Shown here: positions 1 to 8,199 of the stretch, piece by piece
Position numbering within the stretch: the stretch's first letter is position 1
How the letters are laid out: each line of letters starts with the position of its first letter
Assembly: GCA_964508985.1 (NCBI GenBank)
Contig: CAZDWP010000001.1
Location: 1,654 to 44,675, forward strand
Source of the DNA: an uncultured Herbinix sp.
GTDB lineage: Bacteria > Bacillota > Clostridia > Lachnospirales > Lachnospiraceae
Direction of reading: 5' to 3'
DNA: 43,022 nucleotides
The notes under the pieces: model-generated
The model's input: the letters and a program-made list of their open reading frames with translations, nothing else
Databases searched by the model: none
Told to the model about the DNA's origin: nothing
Position numbers and translations under genes: made by a program

Positions 1-292
1 TAAGCTTATCGACCAAAGCACTGGGCAACTGAAATACTATCTTCATCATTAAGGGTGATTTACTGCCTCGAATTATCGAAAATGCAATCTCCCTTATCTC
101 TCCCCACAACACATCTGTATCTCTTTGCTCTAGCTCCTCTTTTGAAAAGAAATTTTCATGAAATTGTCCTGATACATGAAAGCTTGTAAATGTCTGAAGC
201 TCCATTTCCTTTAATACGAACTCGTCAAACAAGGAATTAGTAAGAAGCATTGCCATAAAGGTCTTTACTTCCTCAATCTTTAATGAAATCAT
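1..292 (-). CDS. Conserved hypothetical protein, DUF5721-like (3' end runs off the window)
   Basis: Read manually: ATG at 292, open to the window edge (MISLKIEEVKTFMAMLLTNSLFDEFVLKEMELQTFTSFHVSGQFHENFLSKEE...WGEIREIAFSIIRGSKSPLMMKIVFQL). Resembles the Lachnospiraceae DUF5721 N-terminus from memory. Not in the supplied ORF track. Confidence 0.7.
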   Translation of the reverse strand, partial: MISLKIEEVKTFMAMLLTNSLFDEFVLKEMELQTFTSFHVSGQFHENFFSKEELEQRDTDVLWGEIREIAFSIIRGSKSPLMMKIVFQLPSALVDKL

Positions 293-491
293 ATCTTCTT
301 ATGCCAACCTGCTCTCTATTATATTTAAATTAAGTGGATTTTATTTCATTTTTAAGCAGAAACTCTTTTTCTTTGTGCTTGTATATATTCTTTCTTATTA
401 CAAACAATAAGGTCAAATAATATTTTAATTAGGGAGGACAAAACCTCCGTTGTTAGCTACAAAAATTATAATTACTGAGGAGGTAAATACC

Positions 492-671
492 TTGCATTTT
501 GAGCCATACAAAAAAACCTACTATCGCTTCCCTTCCACGAAAAGCGTAGCCAAAATAGATAAGCACATGTATTTTCCTGAAAAGCCCGCCCATGCTACAG
601 ATGATAACAATTATGATCACCCTGCAAATTCATATATGCCTGAAAGAGAACATAACTATGATTTTAAATAA
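492..671 (+). CDS. Small hypothetical protein (~59 aa)
   Basis: A strong SD (GAGGAGGT, 477-484) lies 7 nt before an in-frame TTG at 492 inside ORF 450..671. Hydrophilic, rich in Y/H/P/D. No family recognised. Confidence 0.5.
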   Translation: MHFEPYKKTYYRFPSTKSVAKIDKHMYFPEKPAHATDDNNYDHPANSYMPEREHNYDFK

Positions 672-1401
672 ATAAGAGCAATATAAATAATAGCAATATA
701 TGTGCGGGGTAGAATGCATAGAAGAAATACTTCATGCTTTTACCCTTTTTCCCGTTATAAAACGCTATCGGTATTATAGACAAAGCTGAAAACGCCTGAA
801 CTATAGTACTGCTAAGTATAAGCATTGCTATGGCAAGCAAAATCTTGCTTCCTCTAAATAGATAAAATGCAACTATAAGCAGTACTCCCGTGAAGCCATA
901 ATCTGTCCGCAGCAATGCGGCTATAAGGCTAAAGCCAATAGTAATCAAAGCATTAATTATATTTAAATAGAACATATTCTTACTGTATTTCTTTTCAACA
1001 AAGCTCATCAGCCATATAGCTAAAAGCCCTAAAAATAAAGTAAAGAATATATTCTGATGCCTCATGAACCTTCCTATCACAACATCAAATAAATTCGCAT
1101 CTTTGAACATATTTACTAGGTCAGCTTTAATACTTACACCATCAAAGCCTGAATTATAAAATGCTAAGTCAAAGGGAATCTCTGAGATTAAAGCAAAGAT
1201 ACCAAGTCTCGTTAAGTACTTCTTAACATTTCTTGTATTATGAAAACCTTCTACCAGTAAGAATGCAAAGATAGGAAAAGCCAACCTTCCTATTATTCTC
1301 CCTACAACATAAAACTCTGAATCACTAGGAACAAATACAGCCGTAACATGGTCAATAAACATAGTTATAATAGCTATTAGCTTTAATGCAAATGTACTCA
1401 T
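664..1401 (-). CDS. TraX family membrane protein (putative acyltransferase)
   Basis: Motifs LKLIAIITMFIDH, GRLAFPIFAFLLVEGF..T, ALISEIPF, QNIFFTL, DYG and YNGKKG...FFYAFYPAH; multi-pass membrane protein. Confidence 0.85.
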   Translation of the reverse strand: MSTFALKLIAIITMFIDHVTAVFVPSDSEFYVVGRIIGRLAFPIFAFLLVEGFHNTRNVKKYLTRLGIFALISEIPFDLAFYNSGFDGVSIKADLVNMFKDANLFDVVIGRFMRHQNIFFTLFLGLLAIWLMSFVEKKYSKNMFYLNIINALITIGFSLIAALLRTDYGFTGVLLIVAFYLFRGSKILLAIAMLILSSTIVQAFSALSIIPIAFYNGKKGKSMKYFFYAFYPAHILLLFILLLFI

Positions 1402-1448
1402 ATCATTTTACCATCCTTATTTTATATTTCACCCACCATAAAAACACT

Positions 1449-2114
1449 TTAAATATGCATCCTCTTATTTAGCTCCGTCCTCATGTTATCACCCTCAAAT
1501 AATATCAAGGCTGACAATGATATAATGCTTACCCCCACACATATAACCGACGGAAACAGTACGTTAACCCATCCGAATATAATAAACAGTGCAGGAACAA
1601 AGCCAAATATAGCGTCTATAAGAAGATATATTATTAAATCTCTAACACCAATTTTAAGTATTTTGGCACCTACGGCCATGACTATCATTGCAAGAACGCA
1701 TACTGTAGGAATGACATAATCCAGCGACCAGCCATACCAGCCCATGGATCTGTCCCACAAAAATGAAAGAACACTTATAATTCCCACCTGCCATAGGATT
1801 GTCTTTGCTATATTATTCCTATTTTGTATGATAAAGAAAAGGCTAATCCACATGGATAGCACCCCAGCCGCGACTAGAATGGACCACAAGGATTCCTTTG
1901 TAAATAACATGTTTACTGCAAAGCTTGCCACCACGCCAACTATAGATACCATTATCAATATGCGTATGAATATATTAAATTCCTGATAAATCGTAGGAAT
2001 ATGAGGGAATACATCCTCCGAAGGTTCTCCCTTATCCTCCAAAATGCTTGCACATAATGGGCAGACAGTATGTTCACCCCTAATATTGACCTTACAATGA
2101 ATACATTTTTGCAT
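1449..2114 (-). CDS. Zn-ribbon membrane protein, DUF6320-like
   Basis: N-terminal CIHC-x11-CPLC, about 6 TM segments, GWSLDYVIP, C-terminal ELNKRMHI. Confidence 0.7.
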   Translation of the reverse strand: MQKCIHCKVNIRGEHTVCPLCASILEDKGEPSEDVFPHIPTIYQEFNIFIRILIMVSIVGVVASFAVNMLFTKESLWSILVAAGVLSMWISLFFIIQNRNNIAKTILWQVGIISVLSFLWDRSMGWYGWSLDYVIPTVCVLAMIVMAVGAKILKIGVRDLIIYLLIDAIFGFVPALFIIFGWVNVLFPSVICVGVSIISLSALILFEGDNMRTELNKRMHI

Positions 2115-2141
2115 ATATAAACCTCCAAGCCTATGTGGAAT

Positions 2142-3410
2142 CTATATTTCCTTAGCATTTGATGATATAGTAATAGGTATATTTTCATTTGCCAGGTAAC
2201 GGAAAAAGTTCTTCTGGATATCGGTACCTATATAGGGAGAAGTAAAGCTTACCACCAGATTATTCTGATATGAGCAAATGGCAATCTGGGGTCTCTTAGC
2301 ACTGACAAAACAATTGAACATATTAATATATGGTGCCAGCTCTTGGCTGATTGTTATCTTCCCCACGTTGGACAATGTCGCTGTTATTCCTTTATCGCTT
2401 AGCCTGGTGGCTAATCGTAGTATCTTATCCTTTATTACTAAAGGAACCACCCTCATTATGGGATTATGTTCTAAGGATAATAAGCGATTCATATGCTTTT
2501 CAAGATTTTCCTTCGTAAGCTCTCTTTCAAAGCTATCCTTAATCGAGTCTATGATATTCTCTAGCTTATCACTTGTTGCATTAAAATCATAGCTTATATT
2601 AATAGCCGCAAAGAAATTTCTTGCAGTTACCGACGGAAAATAAGTCCTTAGATTGACTGGAACAGATAGCACTACAGGGGTTTTTCTACTTCTCACAGGC
2701 ATCTCCTTATAAATAGACATAATAAATAATGCAACTAGATATACCGTGAGTGTAGTATTATGCTTTCGGGAAAGATCAAGAACGTCTTTGACCGGCATTA
2801 ATCCCTCGATAATCTTAATTCGATTATCGAGCTGTCTTCTACCTTGAATTCGATAAGCTTTTGTTATTTTAATCTTCTTAGGTATTCGTTTGACGCTATA
2901 GTGTTTTTGAAAGCTGTCATCCATCTTCTGTGAAAGAGATGCATCATAATCCAGGGTAGGAAGTGCTCCTAAAAAATCATCTTTATGTTTTAAAGTTATA
3001 TAATAATAAAGAAGTGTTTTTAAGAAACCCAGTGCACCGGTACCGTCTGTAAGAGCATGAAACACCTCCAAATTAATACGGTTTTTATAGTAGGTGACCC
3101 TAAATAACAGGTTCCTACGATTGCGTTTATAAAGCATACTACAGGGCAGCTTACTTTCCTCTGTAACCTCAGGTCTAAGTTCGGTGTTCTCAAAATAATA
3201 CCAGAAAGCTCCTCGTCTTAGAACAGCTTGGTAAAACGGAAAAAGAAGCAGGGTTTTATCCACAGCCTCCTGAAGAATATCCTTATTAATATCATCCTTC
3301 AGCTCACTGACAAAACGAAATACCTTAGTATCCCTATCGTTGCTATTTGGGGGGAATATCTTGGCAGCATTATCTAGTTTTGTCCATTCCACAGGCTTTC
3401 TTCTGGTCAT
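2142..3410 (-). CDS. Alcohol acetyltransferase-like / condensation-domain CoA-dependent acyltransferase
   Basis: Catalytic HxxxDG (FHALTDGTG), N-terminal W.KLDNAAKIFP, PVNLR..FPS.TARNF and LSNVG motifs typical of the Atf/PapA5/NRPS condensation fold. Confidence 0.8.
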   Translation of the reverse strand: MTRRKPVEWTKLDNAAKIFPPNSNDRDTKVFRFVSELKDDINKDILQEAVDKTLLLFPFYQAVLRRGAFWYYFENTELRPEVTEESKLPCSMLYKRNRRNLLFRVTYYKNRINLEVFHALTDGTGALGFLKTLLYYYITLKHKDDFLGALPTLDYDASLSQKMDDSFQKHYSVKRIPKKIKITKAYRIQGRRQLDNRIKIIEGLMPVKDVLDLSRKHNTTLTVYLVALFIMSIYKEMPVRSRKTPVVLSVPVNLRTYFPSVTARNFFAAINISYDFNATSDKLENIIDSIKDSFERELTKENLEKHMNRLLSLEHNPIMRVVPLVIKDKILRLATRLSDKGITATLSNVGKITISQELAPYINMFNCFVSAKRPQIAICSYQNNLVVSFTSPYIGTDIQKNFFRYLANENIPITISSNAKEI

Positions 3411-3446
3411 TTATATTCTTCTCTTTCTTCATAAATATATTGAAAT

Positions 3447-4373
3447 TTATTTTCTTAAGAATCTATTTATTATCTCATAGCTTCGTTTAATATGGACAAA
3501 TCGCTTCGGTAAGGCAAAGAAACCATGAAGTGCGTCCTTCATCTGATATACATCTACCTTATTCCCATGCTCAGTAAGCTTCTTTCCGTAAGCCTCTCCC
3601 TCATCCCTTAAAGGATCATACTCTGCAGTAATAATCAAGGTATTAGGCTGATTAGTCAAATCATCCGCTATCAAGGGAGCAAGATAAGGATTATTTAGGT
3701 CATCCTCGGAGCTTATATACATATCCATATAGTCTCTAATCCTTTTTGATGTTAACAGGTATTCATGTCCATTCTTCTTAATGGATGGGAAGCCCGTTTC
3801 ATCACTATGGTCATTGTGAGTAGAGGGATATAAAAGAATCTGCTTTGATATATTGAATTCTCCCCTATCTCTTGCCATTAGCGACACCGCAGCTGCAAGA
3901 TTTCCTCCTGCACTGTCTCCTATGATTGTAATGTTATCAGTCTCAACATCAAATAGGGTGGAATCAAGAAATATTTCCCTAGTAACCGTATAGCAATCAA
4001 GAAGGGCACAAGGGAAGCGGTGCTCAGGTGCCAGACGATAATCAACCGACACAACCAAAGCCCCGGTTTGCTTGGCCATATTTGTACATACATTGCTATA
4101 GCTATCGATATTACCGATTACCCAACCGCCGCCGTGAAAGAATATTAGAACACGTGGAGGAATATCTTCAGAGGTATCCGGTGGAAGAAAAATTCTTACT
4201 GGAATATCATGATCTAGTCCCTGAATTTTGTGATCCCATATACTATATCGCGGTTTTAGATAAGCATTAACGGCAGTATTTACCTGGCGATGAAGCTTAT
4301 AATTTTTCTTAACGTCCAGATCCGGATATGACAATGCTTTTAGTGCAATTCTCATTGCTTTGTTGATTGCCAT
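3447..4373 (-). CDS. Alpha/beta hydrolase, hormone-sensitive-lipase (Aes-like) esterase
   Basis: HGGGW oxyanion motif, DYRLAPEH, nucleophile GDSAGG, DPLRDEG (Asp) and HGF (His). Confidence 0.9.
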   Translation of the reverse strand: MAINKAMRIALKALSYPDLDVKKNYKLHRQVNTAVNAYLKPRYSIWDHKIQGLDHDIPVRIFLPPDTSEDIPPRVLIFFHGGGWVIGNIDSYSNVCTNMAKQTGALVVSVDYRLAPEHRFPCALLDCYTVTREIFLDSTLFDVETDNITIIGDSAGGNLAAAVSLMARDRGEFNISKQILLYPSTHNDHSDETGFPSIKKNGHEYLLTSKRIRDYMDMYISSEDDLNNPYLAPLIADDLTNQPNTLIITAEYDPLRDEGEAYGKKLTEHGNKVDVYQMKDALHGFFALPKRFVHIKRSYEIINRFLRK

Positions 4374-4441
4374 AAATTCCTCCTATAATTTTATGTTTAT
4401 ATTTTAAATGAGTTATATATAAAAGTCAATTATCCCTTGTT

Positions 4442-6628
4442 TTAGTACTTATATTCCTTTTTAAGTTCAATAGTCTTACTTAGTCTAATATCCCTGGACG
4501 ATGAACCCACCTGGATTATAAAATCACCGGATTCTACCACGAAGTTGTGTTTCTTCTCATCAAAAAAGCCAAAAGAGTTCTTATGAAGCATAATATCAAC
4601 TATCTGTTCTTCCCCAGGCTCCAGATAAACCTTATCAAATCCTTTTAATTCATGAGCCGGTCTTGACACTGAGGCTTCATTATCAGCAACATATACCTGA
4701 ACTACTTCAGCACCCGATACCGTTCCGGTGTTCCTTATAGTTATACTAATCCGAGCATTAATATCCTCTTCCATGCTCGTCTCATCAAGTGCAATTTCCA
4801 GATTGCTGTATTCAAATGTAGTATATGACAGACCGTGACCAAATGGAAATTCCACGTCAATATCATAGCTATCGTAATACCTATAGCCCACATACACGCC
4901 CTCATTGTAGGTAACCTTTCCATAGGTACCGAATTCACCAAATTTATGGGCAGGTGAATCCATATGATTTTTGGGAAATGTCTCTGTAAGCTTCCCTGAA
5001 GGATTAACATCACCAAGCAGTACCTTAGCCAGAGCTCTTCCACCCTCCATACCAGCATAATAGCTCCATACTATAGCCTTTGCCTCTTCTGCCCAAGATT
5101 CCATCTCAATCGGAGAACCCGCGATTACAACCACAATAGCATCTGGATTTACCGCTAGCACCTCACTAATAAGTCTATCCTGGCCATAGGGAAGCTTCAT
5201 ATCCTGGCGGTCCTTACCCTCTATATCATGGTCGTGATCCAGACCGACTATTAATATTACTTCCTTAGTTTCCTTTGCCAGCTGTACAGCCTCATGAAGC
5301 AATTCCTCCTGACGGCTCTTTACTTCCTCTTTTAGTCGTTCATTATAAAGACGCTCCTCTTCCTTCTCAGTCTCCTGCTTTTCTAGGCTGTCCTGCTGCC
5401 AGTTAAGCTTCTTTTCCTTCCTTGATGGAACATAATAGCCTTTGGCGTATTTTACTTCTGTATTTCCACCTAATTCCATCTTCATACCAAGAAGAGGTGA
5501 TATCTCATAAAGAGCCTTAATCTCAGCACTTCCTCCACCTCCTGCATGAAGACACTCTCCATTTTGTCCAATTATGGCAAGCGTTTCAAGGCTATCCTTT
5601 TGTATGGGAAGACGACTATTCTCGTTCTTAAGCATAATAATGGATTCCTGTGCACACTTAAGTATAGCCTCACGATGAATCGGGGAATTGTAAGTACCCG
5701 ATTTGCGGTTCTTTCTATCCTCTCCCAGCATATTCAGTCTTAGCATGGTTCTAAGTATATTACATACCTTTTTATCGATACATTCCTCTTTTATTTCGCC
5801 TTTTCTTACTGCTTGCAGCAAGGGCTTTGCCATATAATAATTATCAAAATCTCCCGTAACAGACATCTCGATGTCAAGGTCTGACTCTGCAGCTTCCTTA
5901 GTATCATGAACAGCACCCCAATCGGAAATTACCGCTCCGTCATAAGCCCATTCTTCTCTTAACATCTTTGTTAGCAGGTATTTATTATGAGAACAAAACT
6001 CCCCATACATGCGATTATATGCACCCATAATAGTATGGCTTTCTCCCTTATCTATAGCTGTTTTAAATCCCGGGAAATATATTTCTCTTAATGTCCTCTC
6101 ATCAACATATGTGTCAACTTCCAATCTATCAGTTTCCTGATTATTAACAGCTAGATGCTTAACACAAGCAGCTAGGTCATTTTCCTGAATCCCCTTAATA
6201 AGAGGAACCACCAGCTCCTCAACTACTCTAGGATCCTCACTCATATATTCAAAATTCCTGCCACAGAGAGGACTTCTCTTAATGTTTATACCAGGGGCTA
6301 ATATTACATCCTTGCCCCTGCCTCTGGCTTCTGCACCTAATACCAAACCCGTCTGATATGCCATATCCCTACTCCAGGTCGAAGCCAGAGCACTGGTGCT
6401 GGGAAGATAGGATACATAATCGTCTGTTGTCCCGACGTTAAGCCAGCTGTCACGGGCAAATTCCTTTCTAACACCCATAGGTCCATCCGACATCTTAAGT
6501 GGGGGTATACCAAGTCTTGATACCCCTTCTGTCTGAAATATACCTGCACCATGTATCATATCGATTTTTTCTTCAAGGGTTAATTGTGACATTAATTCTT
6601 CTATTCTTCTTTCGTCAACCTTCTTCAT
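4442..6628 (-). CDS. GH3 beta-glucosidase/xylosidase with C-terminal Fn3-like domain, cytoplasmic
   Basis: SDGPMGVR, GRNFEYMSEDP, KH, nucleophile SDWGAV, YNEGVYVGYRYYD, FPFGHGLSYTTF, GSSSRDIR. No signal peptide. Confidence 0.92.
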   Translation of the reverse strand: MKKVDERRIEELMSQLTLEEKIDMIHGAGIFQTEGVSRLGIPPLKMSDGPMGVRKEFARDSWLNVGTTDDYVSYLPSTSALASTWSRDMAYQTGLVLGAEARGRGKDVILAPGINIKRSPLCGRNFEYMSEDPRVVEELVVPLIKGIQENDLAACVKHLAVNNQETDRLEVDTYVDERTLREIYFPGFKTAIDKGESHTIMGAYNRMYGEFCSHNKYLLTKMLREEWAYDGAVISDWGAVHDTKEAAESDLDIEMSVTGDFDNYYMAKPLLQAVRKGEIKEECIDKKVCNILRTMLRLNMLGEDRKNRKSGTYNSPIHREAILKCAQESIIMLKNENSRLPIQKDSLETLAIIGQNGECLHAGGGGSAEIKALYEISPLLGMKMELGGNTEVKYAKGYYVPSRKEKKLNWQQDSLEKQETEKEEERLYNERLKEEVKSRQEELLHEAVQLAKETKEVILIVGLDHDHDIEGKDRQDMKLPYGQDRLISEVLAVNPDAIVVVIAGSPIEMESWAEEAKAIVWSYYAGMEGGRALAKVLLGDVNPSGKLTETFPKNHMDSPAHKFGEFGTYGKVTYNEGVYVGYRYYDSYDIDVEFPFGHGLSYTTFEYSNLEIALDETSMEEDINARISITIRNTGTVSGAEVVQVYVADNEASVSRPAHELKGFDKVYLEPGEEQIVDIMLHKNSFGFFDEKKHNFVVESGDFIIQVGSSSRDIRLSKTIELKKEYKY

Positions 6629-6944
6629 ATTGTCAGCGCCTCCTATACTTTTATAATGTACATATTACCTGTCCAATTCCTGTTGGTGTAAAGTGTTAAT
6701 CCATAATTCTTATAGTTATATAGCTAATATACCATAAGATTATGATGCTGTAACTATACTATCTCCAACTATTACATTCCCCAAGATAGCTACCTTTGGA
6801 TTTATATATTTCCTCACTCTAGTATGCTCTATAATTATAACATCCTCCATTGAGGAATATAGTATCATATGTTATACTAATTCTTATGAAAATGCATATA
6901 TTACTTGTATTTGACAAATAATTTAAACCGACCAGGAGGTAGCA

Positions 6945-8039
6945 ATGTACTATAAACAATACGGAAATACCAATATAAAGGCTAGCGCAGTAGGTATGGG
7001 AACTATGCGTTATAATGATGAAGATATAAATGAGGGCAAGCTTGATAAATGTGCCGATGTCGTCTTATATGCCCATGAAAAAGGTATTAACTTCTTTGAT
7101 AGTGCCCCATTTTATTGTCAGGATAAGAGCGAAATAATAACAGGGATGGCCTTGTCACAGCTAAGAAGAGATAGCTTCTATGTATCTTCAAAGACAAACC
7201 TAAATACTCTTGATAACAAGACCTCTGCTGATGATTTTCGAAGAAGGCTCGAGAATTCCCTAAAGCGTCTTAAGGTTGATTATCTTGATTTTTATTATCT
7301 ATGGTGCATGCTTGATTTAGAATCCTTCAAGAAACAATATGACCTCTTATATAAGCATTTTGACCAGGCAAAGAAAGACGGATTAATTCGCAATATAACC
7401 CTATCTTCACATATGCAAGGGTCCGACCTAGAAAAGGTGGTGGATACTGGTTTGTTTGCCGGAATGCTTATCGGATATAATGCCCTTAATTATCGCTTCC
7501 GCCAAGCAGGAATAAAAGCGGCTGCAGATAAAGGCATGGGAATCGTAGTCATGAATCCACTGGGAGGAGGACTAATTCCAGATAATCCAGAGACATTCTC
7601 ATATCTGACTGAGGGTAGCGAACTTACTGTACCCCAAGCAGCTCTTAGATTCGTCGCCTCTCACAAGGAGATAACTGTTGCTCTGGCAGGCTGTACCACT
7701 AAAAAACATGTAGATGACGCTGTTAAAGCCGTAGAGAATCTAGTTGAACGACCAGCTGCAGAAATCTATAAAGAATATGAAGATAGGGGTGTTGCATTAA
7801 ACAACCTCTGTACCGGATGCGGTTACTGTGATTCCTGTCCCGTAGGTATAGACATTCCGAAATACATGGATTCCTACAACTCAAAGATACTTGGTCAAAA
7901 TATGGCTGATCGTATAAAATATCACTGGGGTATTCCTATATCGAAGTCAGCAGAATGTATACAATGCGGACAATGCGAAGAGCTTTGTACCCAGCACCTT
8001 CCCATCATAGAAAGACTCGCTGAGATTTCGCAACTGTAA
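6945..8039 (+). CDS. Aldo/keto reductase with C-terminal 4Fe-4S dicluster domain
   Basis: GMGTMR, GINFFDSAPFY, SKT, SLKRLKVDYLD, MNPLGGG; Cys clusters CTGCGYCDSCP and CIQCGQCEELC; SD AGGAGG upstream. Confidence 0.9.
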   Translation: MYYKQYGNTNIKASAVGMGTMRYNDEDINEGKLDKCADVVLYAHEKGINFFDSAPFYCQDKSEIITGMALSQLRRDSFYVSSKTNLNTLDNKTSADDFRRRLENSLKRLKVDYLDFYYLWCMLDLESFKKQYDLLYKHFDQAKKDGLIRNITLSSHMQGSDLEKVVDTGLFAGMLIGYNALNYRFRQAGIKAAADKGMGIVVMNPLGGGLIPDNPETFSYLTEGSELTVPQAALRFVASHKEITVALAGCTTKKHVDDAVKAVENLVERPAAEIYKEYEDRGVALNNLCTGCGYCDSCPVGIDIPKYMDSYNSKILGQNMADRIKYHWGIPISKSAECIQCGQCEELCTQHLPIIERLAEISQL

Positions 8040-8047
8040 ACGGTAAG

Positions 8048-8114
8048 CGGTACCAGGTACACATTACAAAAGTATTAACTCCTGTAACAATTTGTTAATG
8101 TGTACCTGGTACCG
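8048..8114. repeat. 19-bp perfect inverted repeat (REP-like doublet, possibly also a terminator)
   Basis: CGGTACCAGGTACACATTA (8048-8066) and TAATGTGTACCTGGTACCG (8096-8114), 29-nt spacer, extendable with a 1-nt bulge. Confidence 0.85.
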
Positions 8115-8125
8115 ACAAAAAACAC

Positions 8126-8153
8126 TTGCAAATTTACTGAATTTGTATACAAT
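8126..8153 (+). promoter_or_regulatory. Putative sigma-A promoter of the ABC-F gene
   Basis: TTGCAA-16 nt-TACAAT upstream of SD GGGAGG and ATG 8200. Confidence 0.45.
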
Positions 8154-8199
8154 AGGTATGGTTAAATATATTTGATTTATATTATTTGGGAGGTTATAC

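Noticed and set aside
664-1401. TraX as evidence of a conjugative element
   Set aside because: No relaxase, T4SS, integrase or att-like repeats in the window; TraX-family genes are commonly chromosomal in Firmicutes.
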